Positions 7,305-17,804 of a DNA stretch of 39,076 nucleotides are shown here, piece after piece. The number at the start of each line of letters is the position of its first letter. Position 1 is the stretch's first letter. The notes beneath the pieces are model-generated. The model was not told the origin of the DNA. It worked only from the letters and a program-made list of their open reading frames with translations, and did no database searches. A program made the translations under genes and the position numbers. Source of the stretch: an uncultured bacterium (GTDB lineage Bacteria > Chlamydiota > Chlamydiia > Chlamydiales > JAAZZY01); the NCBI GenBank assembly GCA_964351075.1, contig CAYGMF010000006.1, positions 1 to 39,076 of the forward strand, given 5' to 3'.

Positions 7305-8663
7305 ATGAACCAAGCTCTATCTATTTCAAACGTTTTTGTTTCCAATCCAGTACTCTCTCAATCTGTTGTTTCAGAGTGTTTAGAACTTCAATCTATGAGT
7401 GTCATCCCAGTTTTTTCAACCTGGGTCTCTTCATTTCTTAACAATCCATCAAATGAGCTGCTTATCAAGCGAGATGTTTGTAAAATTTTAGCTGGAAGTT
7501 ACATAGAGAACTTTACTGATGTAATAAACTCTTTATTCAACAGTTTTTTTGGTGATAGCTTAATAGATAGGGTGCTTAAGCATCCTTCAGTCAAACTGGG
7601 CGATACAAGCTTAATTAAAATAATAGGAAACTTACACGACAAAGAAAATAAACACTCTATTTTATCAGCTGTAGCTGCCCGAGGAAATGTTAAAGGGATG
7701 CGAGCATTAGTCAAAGACAGTAGTGTCTCAAGCATCCAAGCTGAAGAAAACGCAAAAGCTTTAATACGAGCAGCTGCGCAGGGCCATTATGAAGTTGCAA
7801 AAATTCTTGTAGATGCTCATGCAGGCTTAAATCTTCAAGAAAAAAATGGTATAAGTGCCTTGATGTTTGCTGCGACTTTGGGTTATCACAAAATTGTTGA
7901 ACTGTTAATAGAGGCCAAAGCCAACTTAGATCTTCAAGGCAGCGGAGGCTCTACAGCCTTGATGTTCGCTGCTATTCAGGGACATCATAAAATTGTTAAA
8001 CTTCTAGTGGATGCTAAAGCTAACTTAGATCTTCAAGAAGATAGTGGTACAAGCGCCCTTATGGGAGCGACAACTAAGAGGTATTACAAAACTGCTAAAA
8101 TTCTAGTGAATGCAAAAGCTAACTTAGATCTTCAGGATAAAAAAGGGGTAACAGCCCTTATGTCGGCTGCAGCTGAGGGGGACTACAAAACTGTTAAGCT
8201 TCTAGTAGATGCTAAAGCTAACTTAGATCTACAAGATCAAAACGGCTCACCAGCCCTTATAATAGCGACAGCTAAGGGGCATTACAAAATTGCTAAACTT
8301 CTAGTGAATTCTAAAGCCAACTTAAATCTTCTATACAAAGAAAATGTCAGCGTTTTAATGCTTGCTGCAGGCCTAGGACACCACAAAACTGTCAAGCTTC
8401 TAGTAGATGCTAAAGCCAACTTAGACCTTCAAGGGAAAAAAGGCAGAACAGCCTTAATGGAAGCTGCAGAGATAGGTTCTCTTGAGAGTCTCAAACTCCT
8501 TATAGATGCAGGAGCTGATTTTAATTTGGAGGACAATGATGGACGCACAGCCCTCTCAATCGCAAAGAGAAAAGGCCATCAAGAAATTGTAGATTTTCTA
8601 ATTGATTTAGGTTTCAAAAATCTAGGAATTGATCCCTCTGAAGCTAAAAAAGATGAGTTATAA
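7305..8663 (+). CDS. ankyrin-repeat protein, paralog B, with a C-terminal KDEL
   Basis: It shares the N-terminal module of paralog A, followed by about 9 ankyrin units, many almost identical (..ALM.AA..GH.K.VKLLVDAKANLDLQ..). The last four codons, aaa gat gag tta (8649-8660), encode K-D-E-L before taa. Confidence 0.85.
   Translation: MNQALSISNVFVSNPVLSQSVVSECLELQSMSVIPVFSTWVSSFLNNPSNELLIKRDVCKILAGSYIENFTDVINSLFNSFFGDSLIDRVLKHPSVKLGDTSLIKIIGNLHDKENKHSILSAVAARGNVKGMRALVKDSSVSSIQAEENAKALIRAAAQGHYEVAKILVDAHAGLNLQEKNGISALMFAATLGYHKIVELLIEAKANLDLQGSGGSTALMFAAIQGHHKIVKLLVDAKANLDLQEDSGTSALMGATTKRYYKTAKILVNAKANLDLQDKKGVTALMSAAAEGDYKTVKLLVDAKANLDLQDQNGSPALIIATAKGHYKIAKLLVNSKANLNLLYKENVSVLMLAAGLGHHKTVKLLVDAKANLDLQGKKGRTALMEAAEIGSLESLKLLIDAGADFNLEDNDGRTALSIAKRKGHQEIVDFLIDLGFKNLGIDPSEAKKDEL
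7803..8495 (+). repeat. in-frame tandem array of seven 99-bp (33-codon) ankyrin units
   Basis: The unit phase recurs at 7803, 7902, 8001, 8100, 8199, 8298 and 8397. Long near-identical stretches such as cttctagt(g/a)gatgctaaagc(t/c)aacttagatcttcaag recur from unit to unit. Confidence 0.8.
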
Positions 8664-8692
8664 GCAACTCTTTAGGACAGCAGAGAGGTAAA

Positions 8693-9325
8693 TTAATCAA
8701 TAAGTTTTAAAAGAGCCTTCCAAGCTTTCTCAAAAACTTCTTCTTTAGACAATGTTGCATCTATTAAGTGAATACGGGCGGGTTCTTCTTTTGCAAGAGT
8801 GTGGTAGCCATGATAGACTTTTTGATGAAAAGAGAGCTTTAGATCTTCGAGTCGATCCCATTGTTTATCCATTTTTTCGATCCGCTTCATCCCTTTAGTG
8901 GGGTCTAGATCCAATATAAAGGTTAACTGGGGTTTGAGCCCCCTGCAGGCAAGCTCGCAGAGTTTTTGCGTCTCTATCTTACCAACTCCTCTCGCTATCC
9001 CCTGATAAGCGATTGTAGAATCGTTAAAACGATCACAAAGGACAATATGACCCTTATCGAGGTGAGGTTGAATAACCTCTTCGATATGCTGAGCTCTAGA
9101 GGTCAAAAAAAGGAGGAGCTCGGCCATAGAGCTTATAGAGTGCTCTTTTTGATGGAGGAGAATGTTTCTTATCTCTTCGCCAAGAGTTGTGCCGCCTGGC
9201 TCTCTAGTTTTAAAAACCTCAAAGCCTTTTTGGACTAAAGCTTTGTAGATCTCCTCAATTAGAGTGGACTTTCCAGCTCCCTCACCTCCTTCGAAGGTGA
9301 TGAAGAGTGGCTTATTCTGAGTCAT
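8693..9325 (-). CDS. tmk: thymidylate kinase
   Basis: P-loop FITFEGGEGAGKST, the REPGGT motif, the DRF..S..AYQG motif, and a length of 210 aa. Its start overlaps the gyrA 3' end by 14 nt. Confidence 0.9.
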   Translation of the reverse strand: MTQNKPLFITFEGGEGAGKSTLIEEIYKALVQKGFEVFKTREPGGTTLGEEIRNILLHQKEHSISSMAELLLFLTSRAQHIEEVIQPHLDKGHIVLCDRFNDSTIAYQGIARGVGKIETQKLCELACRGLKPQLTFILDLDPTKGMKRIEKMDKQWDRLEDLKLSFHQKVYHGYHTLAKEEPARIHLIDATLSKEEVFEKAWKALLKLID

Positions 9326-11807
9326 TGGAAGGCTCTTCAGTGACAGCTATAGCTTCTCCTTCAATAGCCTCTTCTGCCGCAATTTTTTGAATTGCTGATA
9401 TAGTATCTCCTTCGCGAAGATTTGCAAGTTTAACACCTTGCGTTGCTCTTCCCATAACACGCAGGTCATCCATACCAAAGCGGATCGTCTGACCTTGTTT
9501 TGACATCATCAAAACACTTTCTTCATTTTGAATAGAGAGGGCTCCTAGTACAAGACCGTTACGCTCACTTGTGATAATGGATCTAACCCCAACACCACCT
9601 CTATTTGTTTTTCTAAAGTCTTCAACATTTGAGCGCTTTCCAAATCCTTTGTCGCAAACGACTAGGATTTGTTCATCTCCATTGACTACTTCACAAGCAA
9701 TTACAGCATCTTCTTTAGACTTTAAGTTAATCCCTTTAACCCCACGTGCTGTGCGTCCCATAGCGCGCACTTGATCTTCATCAAAACGGATAGCCATACC
9801 CTGCTTTGTAAAAAGCATGATTTGTTGCTCTTTAGTTACTAAGTGAGCATTCATAAGAGAATCATGTTCATCGATGGTGATTGCATAGATTCCTTTACGT
9901 CTTGGATTTGCATACGCTTTAATTTCAGTCTTTTTAACGACTCCATTTACAGTGGATAAAAAGACATAATGATCTTCTATATCAAAGTCTGAAACTTTTA
10001 AAATGGTCGCTATTCTCTCACCTGGTTTAATATCTTCTAGAAGGTTGATAAGAGGTTTTCCTTTAGAGCGCCTTCCAGCTTCAGGAATCTGCCAAACTTT
10101 AATCCAATAGCAACGCCCTAGGCTTGTGAAGACAAGCAGGTGGTCGTGTGTGTTTGCAATGTAGATGCTCTTTAAAGCATCGTGTTCTTTTTTAAGATCA
10201 AATCCAATCACTCCACTACCGCCACGCCTTTGCTCTCTAAAAGTATCCATCGGCATACGTTTGATGTAGTCATCTTGAGAAATCGTTAAGATAACCGGTT
10301 CATTCGGGATCAAGTCTTCAACGTTAAGGTCCCCTTCTGCAGCAATAATTTCAGTACGTCTTGGAGTTTTATCAACACTTCTAACTTGTTCGAGTTCTGT
10401 ACAAATAATGTCATTAACTCTTTGTTCACTAGCTAGAATCTCTTTATAGTCTTTAATCTTCTCTAAAAGCTTTTGGTATTCATTGTTAATTTTTTCCTGC
10501 TCTAGCCCTGTCAACTGGTAGAGTTTAAGATCTAAGACTGCATTTGCTTGTCTCTCAGAGAGATTATAGAATTCCATTAAAGCAGATCTCGCTTCATCTC
10601 TTGAGGATTTAGCTCGAATAATTTTCACCACTTCATCTAAATGATTAAGCGCTATTAAATACCCTTCTAAAATGTGCGCCCTCTCTTCAGCTTTATTCAG
10701 TTCAAAGCGTGTTCTTCGACGAATAACCTCAATACGGTGATCGATCCAAGCCACAATAAACTGTTTGATGTTCATCACTCTTGGAAGCCCCTTATCAAGA
10801 GCAAGCATGATTGCCCCAAAAGTCACTTGAAGGTCAGTGAATTTATAAAGCTGGTTCACAATCACATCGGGCACTTCATTGCGCTTAAGCTCAACGACAA
10901 TTTGAAGCCCTTGCTTATCAGACTCATCTCTGATATCGCTTATTCCTGTGATCACTTTATTATGAATTAGATTCGCGATTTGAGTGATTAATCTCGATTT
11001 ATTCACATTGTAGGGAATCTCAGTAATTACAATAGAAGACCGTTCTCCATCTTTTTCTTCCACTTCAAGTTTAGCTCTTACAGTAAACTTACCGCGACCT
11101 GTGTGGTAAGCCTCTTTAATTCCTCTATAGCCACAGATAACCCCGCCTGTAGGAAAATCAGGACCTGGCATCTCTTGCATGATCTCATCGATAGAAAGAT
11201 CAGGATTTTCGATTAACATTTGTGTAACAGTGACCAACTCCTGCAAATTTTGAGGAGGGATATTTGTTGCCATTCCAACAGCAATTCCTGAAGATCCATT
11301 ACAAAGTAGATTAGGAAACTTAGATGGAAAAACAACCGGCTCTAGCTTGGTTTCATCATAGTTTTGGACAAGATCCACAGTTTCTTTTTCCATATCTTCC
11401 ATTAAGAGAACAGATGGAGCAGTTAAACGAGCTTCCGCATAACGCATAGCAGCAGGAGGGTCTCCATCAACAGACCCAAAATTCCCTTGCCCGTTGACTA
11501 GCATATAGCGCATGCACCACTCTTGGGCCATTCGCACAAGCGTTGGATAAATAACCATTTCACCGTGAGGGTGAAAGTCTCCAGATGTATCCCCACATAT
11601 TTTAGCACACTTACGGTGCTTTCCACCTGGAGCTAAATTTAAAAGCCGCATCGCGTAGAGAATTCTTCTTTGAGAGGGTTTTAGTCCATCACGTACGTCA
11701 GGAAGAGCCCTAGATATGATCACAGACATCGAGTAACGCAAGTAACTCTCTTTCATCTCATCTTCGACATTACGAGGTAGGATATTTCCAATATTATTAG
11801 GTAGCAT
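9312..11807 (-). CDS. gyrA: DNA gyrase subunit A
   Basis: [57 protein letters not shown] (QRDR region) and the active-site region [10 protein letters not shown]. The C-terminal domain has repeated beta-pinwheel blades (..G.GV.G..L). Confidence 0.95.
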   Translation of the reverse strand: MLPNNIGNILPRNVEDEMKESYLRYSMSVIISRALPDVRDGLKPSQRRILYAMRLLNLAPGGKHRKCAKICGDTSGDFHPHGEMVIYPTLVRMAQEWCMRYMLVNGQGNFGSVDGDPPAAMRYAEARLTAPSVLLMEDMEKETVDLVQNYDETKLEPVVFPSKFPNLLCNGSSGIAVGMATNIPPQNLQELVTVTQMLIENPDLSIDEIMQEMPGPDFPTGGVICGYRGIKEAYHTGRGKFTVRAKLEVEEKDGERSSIVITEIPYNVNKSRLITQIANLIHNKVITGISDIRDESDKQGLQIVVELKRNEVPDVIVNQLYKFTDLQVTFGAIMLALDKGLPRVMNIKQFIVAWIDHRIEVIRRRTRFELNKAEERAHILEGYLIALNHLDEVVKIIRAKSSRDEARSALMEFYNLSERQANAVLDLKLYQLTGLEQEKINNEYQKLLEKIKDYKEILASEQRVNDIICTELEQVRSVDKTPRRTEIIAAEGDLNVEDLIPNEPVILTISQDDYIKRMPMDTFREQRRGGSGVIGFDLKKEHDALKSIYIANTHDHLLVFTSLGRCYWIKVWQIPEAGRRSKGKPLINLLEDIKPGERIATILKVSDFDIEDHYVFLSTVNGVVKKTEIKAYANPRRKGIYAITIDEHDSLMNAHLVTKEQQIMLFTKQGMAIRFDEDQVRAMGRTARGVKGINLKSKEDAVIACEVVNGDEQILVVCDKGFGKRSNVEDFRKTNRGGVGVRSIITSERNGLVLGALSIQNEESVLMMSKQGQTIRFGMDDLRVMGRATQGVKLANLREGDTISAIQKIAAEEAIEGEAIAVTEEPSNDSE

Positions 11808-11830
11808 AGAGCTCGCTTCTCCGTAAGGGT

Positions 11831-14380
<2,550 letters not shown>

Positions 14381-14695
14381 TTAGCCGATTCGAAAACGAA
14401 TGTCTTTAATATCAGTTTTGGGGAATTTTTCCTTTATCTTTTTTAACAAAATGCGTTTTTCTTTGTAAGTTAAGATGCTCAAGAGAGTTGAATTAGAAAC
14501 TTTTACTTCTAGAACACCTTCATATAAGCGATGTGCACACGTCATCGGCGCTAATTCTTCCCCAATGATTTCAGGCCAAGCGAGCAACACTAAATCAGAT
14601 CTTTGATCACAAGCGGTCGTTACTTTTTTTAAAAAGTTCGGGCAAAGGCGAGTGATTGATTTAAGTGTTGTGTCTGTTTTTTTTCGAAAGTACAT
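14381..14695 (-). CDS. DUF721 / DciA-like protein upstream of gyrB
   Basis: WPEIIGEELAPMT....L.EGVLEVKVSNSTLLSILTYKEKRILLKKI matches the DUF721 pattern (W..IvG..la..t.p..l..g.L.v.v.ss.w..eL). It has the conserved position immediately upstream of gyrB, as in Chlamydia. No clear Shine-Dalgarno is present. Confidence 0.55.
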   Translation of the reverse strand: MYFRKKTDTTLKSITRLCPNFLKKVTTACDQRSDLVLLAWPEIIGEELAPMTCAHRLYEGVLEVKVSNSTLLSILTYKEKRILLKKIKEKFPKTDIKDIRFRIG

Positions 14696-14707
14696 GCAGC
14701 GCTTGAT

Positions 14708-14737
14708 CTAAAAAAATCCCCTAATTAAAGGGGATTT
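14708..14737 (-). terminator. intrinsic terminator (minus strand)
   Basis: The minus strand reads AAATCCCC-tttaatta-GGGGATTT followed by TTTTAGA. This is an 8-bp stem with a GGGG/CCCC core running into a 7-U tract. Confidence 0.55.
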
Positions 14738-14817
14738 CGTGGGTTATTTTCTGTACTTAATTATACGTAAAAAAGATGTATAAAACAACGCGTTTTTTCA
14801 AAAAAAACGCATGCATT

Positions 14818-14958
14818 TCAGCCCTCTTTAGAGCTTCTTTTTTCACATATTTTTTTGACAGATCTGCGCCAGCCCTCCGCTGTTTGAGTGCGCTTTTTCT
14901 TCCCCTTAGTTGGGGATTTTGGTGACGAAGATTTCGTCATAACCTTTGAAGATTTCAT
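14818..14958 (-). CDS. unannotated 46-aa highly basic small protein (histone-like candidate, below the ORF-track cutoff)
   Basis: My hand translation gives MKSSKVMTKSSSPKSPTKGKKKRTQTAEGWRRSVKKICEKRSSKEG, with 16 of 46 residues K or R. An AGGAGG Shine-Dalgarno lies 10 nt upstream of ATG 14958. The terminator at 14708-14737 follows downstream. Confidence 0.35.
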   Translation of the reverse strand: MKSSKVMTKSSSPKSPTKGKKKRTQTAEGWRRSVKKICEKRSSKEG

Positions 14959-15009
14959 CTTTGATAAGCCTCCTGATAAAGATTTAATTTCAAACGATTA
15001 TTTTAAATA

Positions 15010-15035
15010 AGATCGGCAAGTAAATTTATACTTAA
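15010..15035 (-). promoter_or_regulatory. sigma-28-like promoter candidate for the small basic ORF
   Basis: The minus strand reads TTAAGTAT (15035-15028), a 10-nt spacer, then GCCGATCT (15017-15010). The enterobacterial sigma-28 consensus is TAAAGTTT-N11-GCCGATAA. The GC-rich GCCGAT core stands out in an AT-rich spacer. Confidence 0.25.
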
Positions 15036-15110
15036 CGAATTTGACAACTTTTTAGCTAGATAAAAATTAAAAAAAAGAATTTACAGTTCAACTTTCGTAT
15101 AAAGCGTGAG

Positions 15111-16619
15111 TTAGAACTCACCTTGAGAGTCGATTAAATCCTCCAAGAAGGCGAGTATAAGGCGAACGCCTACTCCTGTAGCCTTTGTACTGTGATAGTC
15201 TCGAGGATCTCCTATATAGGCTGTTCCAGCGATATCTAGGTGAGCCCAGGGAGTTGATTTAACAAACTCCTGTAAAAAGAGGCCTGCTACAACTCCAGAG
15301 GGGTAACCTGAGCGCCCGGCCGTGTTTTTAAGGTCTGCAATATTGGATTTCAGGGCTACTTTATAGTTTTCGTAAAGGGGTAATTCCCAGACTTTTTCTC
15401 CACTTATATCGCCAGAGAGGCAGAGCTTTTTAGCGAGTTTCTTGCTATTAGACATAAGGCCCGTTATTTCATTTCCAAGGGCAGCCATAACCCCTCCAGT
15501 AAGCGTAGCTAAGTCAATCATGCAACTCGGATTTAGATGCTTCTCTGCGTAAGCTAAAGCGTCTGCTAAAACAAGCCTACCTTCAGCATCTGTACTTAAG
15601 ATTTCAACTGTCTTACCTAAATAACTTTCATAGACATCACCAGGCTTGTAGGCGGTATCACTAATCGCATTTTCACAAGCTGGGACCACACCGATTATAT
15701 TGAGAGGTAAGTCTAGTTTTGCTGCAGCATGCAAAATACCTAAAACAGCAGCAGCGCCTCCCATATCACATTTCATGTGAATAATGGAACCCGATGAAGC
15801 TTTGAGCTGTATTCCTCCAGAGTCATAGGTAATTCCCTTACCCACTAAGACAGTAGCTTCTTTATCTTTAGGGTTTCCTTTATAGTTCACCATAATGAGT
15901 GCAGGATTTAAAGAAGTTCCTCGATTAACAGCCAGCATTAATTTTAAGTGTTCTTTTTCGAGCCTTTTTTTATCAAAAACAACGGTTGAAACTTTTTTAA
16001 ATGTTTTAGCAAAACCAAGAGCAATTTCAGAGAGCTTATCCGCATTCATGGTGTCTGCATTTTCATTTACCAGATCTCTTGCGAGATTTACACCCTCACA
16101 AATACTCATTGTTTTTTCAAGTACGCTCTTGTAAGTACTTTCAAGACCTACTATGCGACAAACTTCAATAGGTTCTAGCACCTTCTTGCTCGTCCCTTTT
16201 AGTTTTGTGAAAAGATAGTTTGCAAGTAAAAGCCCTTCACAAACACCTTTAAGCGTTGATTCTACTGTTATTTTTTTTAATTCTGGAAAGAGAACATTTA
16301 TTTTTTTTAAATGACGCACATGACAGAAACGGGTAAGTGCAGCATAAGACTTTCTTAAAGACTCCACCGTAAGCTGAGACTCTTGTCCAAGGCCTAGCAA
16401 AGCAAGTCTAGGCTCCTTCTGCCTTTCTGGGTGCACAATGAACAACTCACCAAGCCGACCTTTAAAGTCTCCAAGCTCAATTGTTTTTTTAGTCTCTTTT
16501 TGAAACAGCGCTTTAGTAGAGGCAGCAACAGACTTGCTGCCTCTCTTTTGATAGAACGGCAAAACAAGTAGATCTGCAAGAGGTCTTCTATTTATATTTT
16601 GTACGTTCGTAATACGCAT
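15111..16619 (-). CDS. pepA: leucyl aminopeptidase (M17 family)
   Basis: VGKGITYDSGGIQLK, MKCDMGGAAAV and the signature NTDAEGRL present as STDAEGRLVLADAL. Length is 502 aa, and the gene starts 2 nt after the ssb stop. Confidence 0.9.
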   Translation of the reverse strand: MRITNVQNINRRPLADLLVLPFYQKRGSKSVAASTKALFQKETKKTIELGDFKGRLGELFIVHPERQKEPRLALLGLGQESQLTVESLRKSYAALTRFCHVRHLKKINVLFPELKKITVESTLKGVCEGLLLANYLFTKLKGTSKKVLEPIEVCRIVGLESTYKSVLEKTMSICEGVNLARDLVNENADTMNADKLSEIALGFAKTFKKVSTVVFDKKRLEKEHLKLMLAVNRGTSLNPALIMVNYKGNPKDKEATVLVGKGITYDSGGIQLKASSGSIIHMKCDMGGAAAVLGILHAAAKLDLPLNIIGVVPACENAISDTAYKPGDVYESYLGKTVEILSTDAEGRLVLADALAYAEKHLNPSCMIDLATLTGGVMAALGNEITGLMSNSKKLAKKLCLSGDISGEKVWELPLYENYKVALKSNIADLKNTAGRSGYPSGVVAGLFLQEFVKSTPWAHLDIAGTAYIGDPRDYHSTKATGVGVRLILAFLEDLIDSQGEF

Positions 16620-16621
16620 AA

Positions 16622-17035
16622 CTAAAAAGGGATCTCATCATCAATATTTGAAGGAGCTGAAGAGGCTTTTGCTGTTTGCGCAGGAGCTTCTTGATTTTCA
16701 GCTTTATTTCCTTCTGAAGAGCCACGTCCAAACGGACTGAAGCGTATAACGTCAGCTACGATGTCTAATGAAATTTGAGACTTACCTTCTTTATCTGTGT
16801 AGATTTCAGGCTTAGTCATTTCACCAATTACAATTAAAGGACTCCCTTTTTTGAGATAAGGAATCATTTTATCAAAGCGATCTCCCCAGATAGTTACTCT
16901 CCACCAAAGAGTGGTATCTTGTGCACCCTTTCTAGAGTGTGTCGCTAGTCTTAATGTTATTACCTTTTGACCCGAAGCTGTGTGACGTTCTTCAGGATTA
17001 GCCCCTAGATGCCCAGCAATTTGTAACCAATTCAT
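16622..17035 (-). CDS. ssb: single-stranded DNA-binding protein
   Basis: An OB-fold N-terminus (MNWLQIAGHLGANPE...TLWWRVTIWG), a Gly/Ala/Gln-rich linker and the canonical acidic tip DDEIPF. Confidence 0.9.
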   Translation of the reverse strand: MNWLQIAGHLGANPEERHTASGQKVITLRLATHSRKGAQDTTLWWRVTIWGDRFDKMIPYLKKGSPLIVIGEMTKPEIYTDKEGKSQISLDIVADVIRFSPFGRGSSEGNKAENQEAPAQTAKASSAPSNIDDEIPF

Positions 17036-17117
17036 ACAGAAATCCCCTTGAGGTTAGTTAAGATTATTTAATCTAATCAGAAGTGGGTACTATGCTTTAT
17101 GAGGTGAGAATATTTCA

Positions 17118-17162
17118 AGAAAAAGAAGTTGCAAGCCGCAGTTTTTTCAACTCGCTTGCAAC
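17118..17162 (-). terminator. intrinsic terminator after the chaperone gene
   Basis: On the minus strand a 9-bp stem GTTGCAAGC/GCTTGCAAC (17162-17154 and 17136-17128) with a 17-nt loop is followed by TTCTTTTTCT. Confidence 0.5.
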
Positions 17163-17174
17163 AGATATGACAAA

Positions 17175-17711
17175 TTAAATCTTAATGATGTTTTCACCTG
17201 GAGATGGAGGACGAGAATTCCCACCAGGGCCCATCCCGCCAGGACCGATTCCACCAGGACCACCTTGTCCGGGACGTGGAATTTCAACTTCTTTGCCTTC
17301 TAAAACAGCTTTAGCAATTTTACGCCATTTTTCTACAGTTTCTACATAGAGAGGAGCAAAAGCGCGCAGCGCTTGCATTCCAGCATGTTCCATATCTAGA
17401 ACACAGTGCATTAAAATAAGCTCTTCTTTAACAGCAACGCCAACTCCGCCACCTGCCATCTGTCCGCCAAGCATCGACCCTTCTAGCATTTTTTCATATA
17501 GTCGTAATCGAATTTTAGGATCTTTAGGGAGCCCGTCTATGATAGGCGAATACACGTAAAGCCTTTTTGAATTTGGTTCGTAGGTCATGTGCATTGAGAA
17601 TTCATCATCGATTCCCAAAATACATGTGTTATTTTCGTCGAACTGAAGACCTTCTAGTCCTAGCTCCTTTCCAAATTCAACCAAATTCTCTTTGGCGTTT
17701 TCTAATGACAT
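17175..17711 (-). CDS. CesT/Tir-type type III secretion chaperone-like protein with a Gly/Pro-rich C-terminal tail
   Basis: The N-terminus L.EFGKELGLEGLQFDENNTCILGIDDEFSMHMTYEP..KRLYVYSPI is typical of class I T3S chaperones. The gene order chaperone-ssb-pepA matches my recollection of C. trachomatis CT043(Slc1)-CT044-CT045. Confidence 0.55.
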   Translation of the reverse strand: MSLENAKENLVEFGKELGLEGLQFDENNTCILGIDDEFSMHMTYEPNSKRLYVYSPIIDGLPKDPKIRLRLYEKMLEGSMLGGQMAGGGVGVAVKEELILMHCVLDMEHAGMQALRAFAPLYVETVEKWRKIAKAVLEGKEVEIPRPGQGGPGGIGPGGMGPGGNSRPPSPGENIIKI

Positions 17712-17804
17712 AATACACTTCCTTCGTGGCGCAATAAATTTAGTGGTCAGATTTTAGCAAAGAAACTGATATATTTGCAATCAATTTTTGAAACTAGAGC
17801 CTTA

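Noticed and set aside
7803-8495. Regularly spaced repeats that might superficially suggest a CRISPR-like array
   Set aside because: The period is exactly 99 bp, in frame, and the repeats encode ankyrin units. There are no unique spacers and no cas genes.
15041-15069. Plus-strand TTGACA (15041-15046) with A/T-rich -10-like hexamers downstream
   Set aside because: The only good -10 candidates are at a poor spacing (14 nt), and no plus-strand gene lies downstream, because pepA is on the minus strand.
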